Part shown: positions 1 through 7,572 of the stretch, in pieces
Layout of the letters: every line of letters begins with the position of its first letter
Position numbering within the stretch: position 1 is the stretch's first letter
Origin: Candidatus Electrothrix sp. GW3-4
Lineage (GTDB): Bacteria > Desulfobacterota > Desulfobulbia > Desulfobulbales > Desulfobulbaceae
Length of the DNA stretch: 32,000 nucleotides
NCBI RefSeq assembly: GCF_037902255.1
Contig: NZ_CP147990.1
Span: forward strand, 2,850,001 to 2,882,000
Direction: 5' to 3'
Notes under the pieces: generated by a model
Told to the model about the DNA's origin: nothing
What the model saw: only the letters and a program-made list of their open reading frames with translations
The model's database searches: none
Position numbers and translations under genes: made by a program

Positions 1-520
1 ACGCATACAAGTTCATCCCCCCATCCAACCCAATCGGATCAGCAGCAATATACCGTCCGGTCTCAGGATCATAATACCGGTTCCAGTTGTAGTGCAGCCC
101 TGTTTCCGCATCGTAGTACTGCCCCGGAAACCGCAGGTTGTTCTCAATCTGGGAAACAGAAACATTCACCTTCCCGAAGGGCAGATATTCGGCTTTCCAA
201 ACCACGCTGCCTGAATCATCCGTGATGATCTGCGGCGAACCGAGATGATCTGTCACATAATAATACGCTCCCTCGGCTGACTTGTTTTGCAACAGCAGAA
301 GGAAATATATCGCCTGAAGAAAGGCGGTATCCGACGGGGTTGATGTTGCCGCGACCGCAGGGGGATTATCCGCAAGCACCGGCTCCGGGGCCTCCTCCGC
401 TGGCGGTTCGTTGACTGAAACCGTCGCCTCCGATGCAGCATCCGGGGTTTCATACTGAAAATGCGCGAAGATATCCCCTTCCAGGTAGACATACTCTTTC
501 AGGATATTCCCGTCGCTCCC
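1..520 (-). CDS. Orphan Rhs core fragment, module G (partial; its tip and any immunity gene lie beyond the window start)
   Basis: Hand translation of the correct frame reads [173 protein letters not shown]. This frame is absent from the ORF track because it has no start and runs off the window. It is colinear with the 3' core of the main Rhs gene. Homology begins about 18 bp after the ankyrin gene stop. Confidence 0.8.
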
Positions 521-537
521 TTTTATCCCTCAGGTAC

Positions 538-897
538 TCAGGACAACAGTAACATTATATCATCAAAACCTTTTAGAACAGCTAGATCAGTAGCGGATTT
601 TCCAAGTTCATTTTTATAGTTTTTATCAGCTCCATTCTCAAGTAACTTTTTGACGATCTTTGTGTGCCCCTGAGCGACAGCATAATGGAGAGGCAAGTTA
701 TTTAGTTCCCCAATACTATTCACTTCTGCTCCCGCAGTTAATAGAACATCAAATTCTTCATCATCCCCTCTTATGCAAGCAACATGCAACGGTGTATCTC
801 CAGTATGTCCATGCTGGTTAACATCATTTAATGACATATCAATAAACTCTGGTAAGAATTCTTCAATATATCGACTGAGGACATCCTGAGCATTCAT
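538..897 (-). CDS. Ankyrin-repeat protein, candidate immunity protein for the module F tip
   Basis: 119-aa ORF with ankyrin-repeat signatures (GDTPLHVACIRGDDEEFDVLLTAGAEVN, NLPLHYAVAQGHTKIVKKLLENGADKN). AGGAGG lies 8 nt upstream of the ATG. The start is 15 bp after the module F stop. The sequence is visibly AT-rich relative to the Rhs core. Confidence 0.85.
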   Translation of the reverse strand: MNAQDVLSRYIEEFLPEFIDMSLNDVNQHGHTGDTPLHVACIRGDDEEFDVLLTAGAEVNSIGELNNLPLHYAVAQGHTKIVKKLLENGADKNYKNELGKSATDLAVLKGFDDIMLLLS

Positions 898-912
898 TAT
901 TAGTTCCTCCTG

Positions 913-1572
913 TTATTCTCCGCAACAATATCGATTAATCTTATCTTGAAGCTTGTCAATCCCCCTTTGCAAATTATCTATGTCATTCTGATGTCTTCCT
1001 GGCTGCCACTTATCATCCCACGCTTGCCTCATATCACGACAGTCTTTGTTCCGCTGAAGAAGCCACCGCCATTTTTCACATTGGTCTAATCCGCCGGGAG
1101 GACGCTCGTTACATCGAGCTTTATAGCGATCATATTCAGCTTGCCTCGCTTGATCGTTACCAGAAGCATCTCTGTCTTTCACGGCATCATAAGTCTCTTG
1201 TGCCGCTTTTGCTCCCATTGCAGCCATGAGTAGACGACCACCCCATTCAAGCCCTTTAATTACCAAAGCATTCAGTCCCTCTGGATCAACCCCATTAACC
1301 GGATCACTCCCCACATACGCATACAGATTAATCCCGCCACCCAACCCAATCGGATCAGAGGCGATATACCTCCCCGTCTCCGGGCTGTAGTAGCGATTCC
1401 AGTTATAGTGCAGCCCGGTTTCGACGTCGTAATACTGCCCCGGAAAGCGGAGATTATTCTCAATATCTGCAACAGAGATATTCACCTTCCCGAAGGGCAG
1501 ATATTCAGCTTTCCAAACAACGCTGCCGGAGTCATCGGTAATAATCTGCGGGGCACCGAGGTGATCTGTCAC
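913..1572 (-). CDS. Orphan Rhs C-terminal fragment, module F, with a Cys-rich WDDxWxPGRH-type tip (tip approx 913..1272)
   Basis: The ORF reads (V)[28 protein letters not shown]...[41 protein letters not shown] and then a 119-aa tip. The listed start is a GTG inside the core. DNA homology to the main gene continues upstream to about 1685 with a 1-nt indel, so a genuine start is unlikely. Confidence 0.8.
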   Translation of the reverse strand: MTDHLGAPQIITDDSGSVVWKAEYLPFGKVNISVADIENNLRFPGQYYDVETGLHYNWNRYYSPETGRYIASDPIGLGGGINLYAYVGSDPVNGVDPEGLNALVIKGLEWGGRLLMAAMGAKAAQETYDAVKDRDASGNDQARQAEYDRYKARCNERPPGGLDQCEKWRWLLQRNKDCRDMRQAWDDKWQPGRHQNDIDNLQRGIDKLQDKINRYCCGE

Positions 1573-1715
1573 ATAATAATACGCTCCCTCGGCTGCTTTG
1601 TTCTTGAGGAGTAAAAGAAAATATATCGGCTGAAGAAAAGCGGTATCCGAGGGAATTGAGTCGCTGCGACAGCAGGGGGATTAGTAGCAACAATGTATAA
1701 GGAAATTAATGCGTA

Positions 1716-2234
1716 CTAACCGCTCCACTCGACTCCTTGGGTATAAGCTTCCTTGAGAAGGGGATCTTTTTTCCAGTCATTAAAGTATGTTCTTATTTTC
1801 TTATCTTCAAACAAATGTTCAACCACTCCATTGATAATACAGTTCTGCAAACGCCGATCTCCCGTCTTGTATAAATTGCCTACCCACTGTTTAAACTCTT
1901 CTATTTCCTTTATGCGCCTTTCTTTTTCCGACCATAAGTAATTGAACCAGTTGGCAAGATCCCATGCTGCTTCATAGCTCGAATCAGCCCAGTCTCCGTC
2001 AGGATTTTCGAGAAGGCATCTTTCGTAATATGCCATAATAAACGGATGAATATCCTCAAATGTTAATTGAGGCTCAATTCGCTCAGTATATTCTTTTTTA
2101 AGAAGATAACTGCTCACAGCACCTAATATTTCAATATCTTGTGATTCCATCCATCTTTTCACAAGAGTCTGCGAAATAACATGATGCTTAGGCGATTCGG
2201 GCAAGCCAAATTCATTAATGATCTCTTCAAGCAT
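1716..2234 (-). CDS. Hypothetical helical protein, candidate immunity protein for the module E tip
   Basis: 172-aa ORF starting 31 bp after the module E stop, with a GGGGGTG Shine-Dalgarno-like sequence upstream. It is AT-rich. I recognise no family. The immunity call rests on position alone. Confidence 0.65.
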   Translation of the reverse strand: MLEEIINEFGLPESPKHHVISQTLVKRWMESQDIEILGAVSSYLLKKEYTERIEPQLTFEDIHPFIMAYYERCLLENPDGDWADSSYEAAWDLANWFNYLWSEKERRIKEIEEFKQWVGNLYKTGDRRLQNCIINGVVEHLFEDKKIRTYFNDWKKDPLLKEAYTQGVEWSG

Positions 2235-2265
2235 AGGTTACACCCCCATTATTTATCTACAGAAA

Positions 2266-4026
2266 TTACAAGGGAAGTGGTCCGGCTGGGGTTGGAATAA
2301 CTAACGGTACGCCCCCTCCAGCCGGTGTGCCTCTCTCTATGCCTTTCCTTATAGACTTTTCAATCTTTTCAGACAGTTCATTAATTTTTTCACCAATTGA
2401 CCTGTTATCACAATCATCTTGGCATTTTTTATTTCTATAAAACCTCTCACATTTAGCCAAAGATCTCTTTAGCTGAGTAATCTCATCACTATGACGACCT
2501 CCGCCTCTTGGTGCGGGCATATGACGATCCCAGTATTCATGTGATCTGATCATTCGGTTAAGCAACTCTATTTTATTTCTTAGTTGTGGACAAGTATCGT
2601 TCCCTTTACATCCAGTTTTAACTCCCTTGGGGGGATGCCACGGCCCACCATTGCTCGCCAATCCCAATGGATCGACAGCATTCACCGGATCACTCCCCAC
2701 ATACGCATACAAGTTCATCCCACCACCCAGCCCAATCGGATCAGCAGCAATATATCGCCCGGTTTCAGGATCATAATACCGGTTCCAATTATAATGCAGA
2801 CCGGTTTCCGCATCGTAGTACTGCCCCGGAAAACGGAGGTTATTCTCAATCTGCGCAACAGAAATATTCACCTTGCCGAAGGGCAGGTATTCGGCCTGCC
2901 AGACAACGCTGCCTGAATCATCCGTGATGATCTGCGGGGCACCGAGGTGGTCATTGATGTAATAATACGCTCCCTCGGCTGACTTGTTTTGCAACAGCAG
3001 AAGGAAAAAGATAGGCTGAAGAAAGGCGGTATCCGAGGGCATTGATGTTGCCGCCACCGCAGGAGGATTATCCGCAAGCACCGGCTCCGGGATTTCCTCC
3101 GCTGACGGCTCGCTGACCGCGATTGCCTCCTCCGGTACAGCAGCCGGAACCTCATACTGAAAATGGGCAAAGATATCCCCTTCCAGGTAGATGTACTCTT
3201 TGGTGATATTCCCGTCGCTGTCCGCCTCGGCGATGAGTCTGCCGCTCTTGCAGGAGACAAACAGGGTATCTTCCCCGTTCACGGTTTTGACCGTACGCAG
3301 GCCCCGACCGTCATACTGGTAGGCTCCCACAGTGACGCTGTTTTTCGTCACCGATGCCAGTCGCTGATCATCGGTCAGGTCGTAGACCGTGGTTTCCGTG
3401 CTGTCCGTGGCGATATTGCCCGAGGCGTCGTAACCGTAGGCTGCCGCCACCGCCCCGGTGCTTTGGTCGAGCCGGTTGGTTCCGGTGACGTAGGAATAGC
3501 CGGTCACGTCGCTGCTGTCCACAGTACGGCTCAGGCGGTTGCCCGTTCCGTCGTGATCGAAATCAAAGGCTCCGGCGGGCAGGCTTGCCGTATCCAGCTG
3601 GCCGAGATCGTCGTAGCTGTAGGCATGATCGGTTCCGATGGGATCAACAATATCCTGCACCAGACCGTCCGACCAGTAGGTATAGGTTCGTTCATACAAC
3701 CTGCCCGCTGTGATGCCGGAGAGCCGATACAGGCTGTCGAAGCTGCGGGACAGGGTCAGGCCGTTGCCCGTTTCCAGGCTGCTGACCGGGCCGAAGGGTT
3801 TGCTGCTGATATTTTCGGCCAGCAAGCCGGTTTTCCCCTCGTACAGGGACTGCACAGAAGAAAGCTGGCCTGTGGTGTCACGGTTCCAGGTGATCCTGCG
3901 GCCCGAGGGATAGATCATGTATGCGACTTCCCCGTTGCCAGTGTAACCGTATTCAGTGACAAAGATCTGCCCGGCGGTGGTGCGGGTCTCCTTGATCAGC
4001 TCGCCGTGGATGTTGTACAGGTACAC
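2266..4026 (-). CDS. Orphan Rhs fragment, module E (longest orphan, about 1.57 kb of core) with a 130-aa Cys-rich tip (approx 2266..2658)
   Basis: 586-aa ORF colinear with main Rhs residues from SVYLYNI... through YD repeats to ...NLYAYVGSDPVNAVDPLGL. The listed start is an internal GTG. The tip contains HEYWDRH...GGGRHSDEI, distantly resembling the module B and F tips. Confidence 0.85.
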   Translation of the reverse strand: MYLYNIHGELIKETRTTAGQIFVTEYGYTGNGEVAYMIYPSGRRITWNRDTTGQLSSVQSLYEGKTGLLAENISSKPFGPVSSLETGNGLTLSRSFDSLYRLSGITAGRLYERTYTYWSDGLVQDIVDPIGTDHAYSYDDLGQLDTASLPAGAFDFDHDGTGNRLSRTVDSSDVTGYSYVTGTNRLDQSTGAVAAAYGYDASGNIATDSTETTVYDLTDDQRLASVTKNSVTVGAYQYDGRGLRTVKTVNGEDTLFVSCKSGRLIAEADSDGNITKEYIYLEGDIFAHFQYEVPAAVPEEAIAVSEPSAEEIPEPVLADNPPAVAATSMPSDTAFLQPIFFLLLLQNKSAEGAYYYINDHLGAPQIITDDSGSVVWQAEYLPFGKVNISVAQIENNLRFPGQYYDAETGLHYNWNRYYDPETGRYIAADPIGLGGGMNLYAYVGSDPVNAVDPLGLASNGGPWHPPKGVKTGCKGNDTCPQLRNKIELLNRMIRSHEYWDRHMPAPRGGGRHSDEITQLKRSLAKCERFYRNKKCQDDCDNRSIGEKINELSEKIEKSIRKGIERGTPAGGGVPLVIPTPAGPLPL

Positions 4027-4228
4027 TGACCCCCGCCCGAGGCGTCGGTCATGGAGGTCAGGCGGCCTTTCTGCTCTGTTCCCTCCACGGTTTCATCGTA
4101 GCCGTAACTCACCAGGGTCGAACCGTTATTGCGTTTGATCTCGGTCAGCCGATTCAGGGCATCGTATTCGTAGGTCAGGGTGATGCCACCCGCATCTTCC
4201 CTGGTTTTCAGTAGGTCGTTGGGCAGAT
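4027..4228 (-). pseudogene. Frameshifted upstream continuation of the module E Rhs core
   Basis: The DNA aligns with main-gene 14160..14345 (NDLLKT...GRLTSMTDASGG). Module E reads ggcgggggtcagtgtacctg where the main gene reads ggcggttcggtgtacctg. This 2-nt length difference breaks the frame near 4027-4035. Homology stops exactly at the stop codon of the 4229..4591 ORF. Confidence 0.75.
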
Positions 4229-4591
4229 TTAAGGGTGCAGCCCCCAGCGGTGGCTATTCGGCAAACACTCTTCACATAATTGTTGTCCTCGATAATCTCC
4301 ACCATCAAGCACGGCTAATTCAAAATCACACGCACTATCACCTCCCCCAAAACCAGTTGGATTTCTGTCTCTATTGATCATAACATTTCCGCATGACTCA
4401 CAGTTACATATGGAAAACTTCTTTAACCCATAGTAGCCAGTACAGGATTCAGCCAAATGCACATCATACTTTTTAAGCAATAGCCTCATTTCCTCATCTA
4501 ACTTTTCATCAAGACTACCAGAGTTAGTAGTACAGGAGTCTGTAAAATAATAGGTTAGCGTTTTTTTTATGGCAATCTGCTTCACGAACAC
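4229..4591 (-). CDS. Cys-rich small protein (zinc-ribbon-like CNCESC ... CEEC), candidate immunity protein for the module D tip
   Basis: 120-aa ORF starting about 50 bp after the module D stop. It has a GTG start, with a second GTG 6 nt downstream that is better spaced from GGAGA. Cys pairs are C-x-C-x2-C and C-x2-C. The assignment is positional only. Confidence 0.55.
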   Translation of the reverse strand: MFVKQIAIKKTLTYYFTDSCTTNSGSLDEKLDEEMRLLLKKYDVHLAESCTGYYGLKKFSICNCESCGNVMINRDRNPTGFGGGDSACDFELAVLDGGDYRGQQLCEECLPNSHRWGLHP

Positions 4592-4640
4592 TCTCCAGAG
4601 AAGTTTTTATCACAACGATCAAGTCTGTCCGACAACTTGG

Positions 4641-5675
4641 TTATTTTCTTTTTGTCCCGTCTCTATCAGTACAACGGCATGGTTGGTGCTTTGGTTTTGC
4701 GCCTAATTTTTCAGCCGCCAACTTTTTTGCTATTTTCTTAGCTCGATTACAATTATTCGCTGTAACAGTCTCGGTTACACTGAGAACGCCACTAATAGGA
4801 ACTGGATTATTCTTCATATTTCCATCATAATCCGCACGACAGGTACAAGTACATCCACATCTATTTCGCTTTGGGTAACTTAACTCAGCCAAATCAAATG
4901 TCGTTGGCTGGGACGGTGCTTCTGGACTCGGTAATTCAATCATTATTGGCGAATTGGACGGGGCAATGATAGGAGGTGGTGGAACTGGAATTGGAATAGG
5001 AAATTGCAATCCCATTGGATCCACCCCATTAACCGGATCCCCACCCACATACGCATACAGATTCATCCCCCCACCCAACCCGATAGGATCAGCAGCAATA
5101 TATCGCCCGGTCTCGGGATCATAATACCGGTTCCAGTTGTAGTGCAGCCCTGTTTCCGCATCGTAGTACTGCCCCGGAAACCGCAGGTTGTTCTCAATCT
5201 GGGAAACAGAAATATTCACCTTGCCGAAGGGCAGATACTCCGCCCGCCAGACCACGGTGCCGGAATCGTTCGTGATGATCTGCGGAGCACCGAGGTGATT
5301 ATTGATGTAGTAATATGCGCCTTCCGCCGATTTGTTCTTCAACAGGAGAAGGAAGTAAATCGGCTGAAGAAAGGCGGTATCCGACGGGGTTGATGTTGCC
5401 GCCACCACAGGAGGATTATCCGCAATCATCGGCTCCGGGGCTGTCTCCTGCGATGGTTCGGCAGAAGGAGCAGCTTCAAGCGACGCAGCAACCGGAACCT
5501 CGTACTGAAAATGAACGAAGATATCTCCTTCCAGGTAGATGTACTCTTTGGTGATATTGCCGTCGCTGTCGGCCTCAGCGATGAGCTTACCGCTCTTGCA
5601 GGAGACAAACAGGGTATCTTCCCCGTTCACGGTCTTGACCGTGCGCAGGCCCCGGCCGTAGTAAGGGAGCCACAA
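4641..5675 (-). CDS. Orphan Rhs C-terminal fragment, module D, with a 121-aa Pro-rich/CxCxCxC tip (approx 4641..5006)
   Basis: The ORF starts at a TTG and reads ...GRGLRTVKTVNGEDTLFVSCKSGKLIAEADSDGNITKEY... to ...[19 protein letters not shown]. The tip reads QFPIPIPVPPPP...RCGCTCTCRADYDGN...KHQPCRCTDRDG. Confidence 0.8.
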   Translation of the reverse strand: MWLPYYGRGLRTVKTVNGEDTLFVSCKSGKLIAEADSDGNITKEYIYLEGDIFVHFQYEVPVAASLEAAPSAEPSQETAPEPMIADNPPVVAATSTPSDTAFLQPIYFLLLLKNKSAEGAYYYINNHLGAPQIITNDSGTVVWRAEYLPFGKVNISVSQIENNLRFPGQYYDAETGLHYNWNRYYDPETGRYIAADPIGLGGGMNLYAYVGGDPVNGVDPMGLQFPIPIPVPPPPIIAPSNSPIMIELPSPEAPSQPTTFDLAELSYPKRNRCGCTCTCRADYDGNMKNNPVPISGVLSVTETVTANNCNRAKKIAKKLAAEKLGAKPKHQPCRCTDRDGTKRK

Positions 5676-5855
5676 GAAAATAAACTACCAACCTGCGGCG
5701 TCAATATTAACATCCCATTTGAGCAATTTTTTGACTTCCCGTCTTATGAGCGTTACCCCTTTCTCATAGTTCAATAGTGAACTGGTACTTTATTTATTTG
5801 TGAATCCCTAACTGTAGGTTGCCGCCACTGCTCAGGTACTTTGGTCGAGTCTGCC

Positions 5856-5882
5856 AAATCAATCAAGTTTGACCCTATTGAT
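5856..5882. repeat. Cassette junction motif, copy 3 (AAATCAATCAAGTTTGACCCTATTGAT)
   Basis: 27-nt motif with ATCAAT...ATTGAT inverted arms. It abuts the Sel1 gene stop codon (5883) and is followed by a short remnant of the RLDQST core region. The motif also occurs at 8758..8784 and 10439..10465. Confidence 0.8.
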
Positions 5883-6347
5883 TTATAGGTCACTCAAAGT
5901 AACAAGCAATAATTTAGCTTCATCGACAGACTCTTCATACATATTGTCATGTTCAATAGCTATTCGTAAATATTTCCTCACTGTCTCAACTTCTTTGTCA
6001 GATACCATATAAAGTTTAGCGAGTTGCAGGGCTGCCTCGCCATTCCCTGCTGCCAAAGATTTTTCAAACCAATATTTAGCTTTTTTGATATCCCCCAACG
6101 CCCTATAGGTAACAGCTAAGTTCAACAACGAAGTAAAAGAACCTGCTTCTACAGCTTTCTTATCCCACTCAATAGACGTCTCAATATCTACATCAACACC
6201 ATCACCGCTATAGTACATTAAGGCAATTCTCGACATAGAGGAATCATCGCCCATTCTTGCAGCTTTATTGAACAGCTCAAATGCCTTTACATAATCACCT
6301 TCATCATAAGCTTTGTCCGCTTCAATAAATAGATCGTCACAATTCAT
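5883..6347 (-). CDS. Sel1-like (SLR/TPR) repeat protein, candidate immunity protein for the module C tip
   Basis: 154-aa ORF with Sel1-type repeats (KAFELFNKAARMGDDSSMSRIALMYYSGDGVDVD, IEWDKKAVEAGS, AKYWFEKSLAAGNGEAALQLAKLY). It starts 42 bp after the module C stop. Confidence 0.85.
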   Translation of the reverse strand: MNCDDLFIEADKAYDEGDYVKAFELFNKAARMGDDSSMSRIALMYYSGDGVDVDIETSIEWDKKAVEAGSFTSLLNLAVTYRALGDIKKAKYWFEKSLAAGNGEAALQLAKLYMVSDKEVETVRKYLRIAIEHDNMYEESVDEAKLLLVTLSDL

Positions 6348-6389
6348 ATCGTTTGCGAATAACTGTTAAATTTATGGAACCTAATATAA

Positions 6390-7097
6390 TTAGGGAGTTG
6401 CAAGTGCAGCACCTAGTCCGATTGGCCCTCCCAAGTAAGTCAGTACACAGATTTTACCGACCCGGTACACAACATAACCCGTTCCAAGTAATGCGGCTGT
6501 TTTAGCCACGGTCTGGCAATCATCACCACACATCTTTGCTGATTCTGGCTCCCACTTGTTAGTATCATCATTCCAACCTTCTGGTTTTGCAACTTCTTTA
6601 TCTTTTCCGTTTTTATCTTTACATATTAGTTTGTTTGGCTTAGTTGGATGAGACTTACAATGTTTATAGGGATTACTTGTATTCTTGCCTGAACCACTGC
6701 CATCCCCCTTGTTTCCTTTACGAGCTGCGCCAGTAGGGTCATACCAGTTCACCGGATCACCACCCACATACGCATACAGATTCATCCCCCCACCCAACCC
6801 GATAGGATCAGCAGCAATATAGCGCCCGGTCTCGGGATCATAATACCGGTTCCAATTATAATGCAGCCCGGTCTCAGCATCGAAATACTGCCCCGGAAAG
6901 CGGAGGTTATTCTCAATATCCGCCGTCAGGATATTTACCTTCCCGAAGGGCAGATATTCCGCCTGTCAGACCACGCTGCCTGAATCATCCGTGATGATCT
7001 GCGGCGCACCAAGATGATCGGTGATATAGTAATATCCACCCTTGGCAAACTTATCATTCAGCAGGAGAAGCAGATAAATTGCAGGCAGAAAGGTGGG
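6390..7097 (-). pseudogene. Orphan Rhs C-terminal fragment, module C, with an in-frame TGA; 112-aa tip ending in a glycine-zipper-like hydrophobic tail (tip approx 6390..6728)
   Basis: Hand translation reads [54 protein letters not shown]... All other copies have TGG (W) where this copy has TGA at 6966..6968. The ORF track only picks up 6390..6797. Homology begins directly after the stop of the 7098..7544 ORF. Confidence 0.8.
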
Positions 7098-7544
7098 TTA
7101 TCGCGCTGCACTCTTATGGTGCATTTTCTCTAATTCGATTATGTTTCGATACTTTTTCCTAAAATCACCATATATATCTATATCAGCATCATAATAGCTT
7201 TGATTGCTGGCAACATATCTTACCGAACTGATTAGCTCTCCAATTACAGAAAGAATAGTTTCAGGTTCATTTTTTAGTTTTTCTTCAATTAAAAGAAGAT
7301 AGCAACTCGCACCATCAGCATCATTTTCTGACAAATCAGACTGAATATAATGTGCAAATGAAAAAATATAATATTGAAAAGGTACTGCTGGCATAAAGCG
7401 CAGTTCGTCAGCCATTTCGATAGAATTATCTCGATATTCATCTAAGAAATCATCGAATTTCCTACCTGCAAATCTTTCGTGCGCAGAACTCTTATCCAAG
7501 TCACTCTTCCATTCGCCCCAGTCTTCTTCCTTTGGAATATTCAT
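7098..7544 (-). CDS. Hypothetical acidic protein, candidate immunity protein for the module B tip
   Basis: 148-aa ORF with an ATG 28 bp after the module B stop. It is AT-rich. I recognise no family. Confidence 0.65.
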   Translation of the reverse strand: MNIPKEEDWGEWKSDLDKSSAHERFAGRKFDDFLDEYRDNSIEMADELRFMPAVPFQYYIFSFAHYIQSDLSENDADGASCYLLLIEEKLKNEPETILSVIGELISSVRYVASNQSYYDADIDIYGDFRKKYRNIIELEKMHHKSAAR

Positions 7545-7572
7545 TTATTATACCGAATAAAAAGATAGTTAA

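Noticed and set aside
253-492. Recurrent Arg/Ser/Pro-rich minus-strand ORFs (253..492, 2868..3260, 5426..5608, 8148..8435, 10040..10222)
   Set aside because: These are out-of-frame readings of the Pro/Ala/Glu-rich part of each Rhs core copy. The neighbouring frame gives the conserved Rhs sequence.
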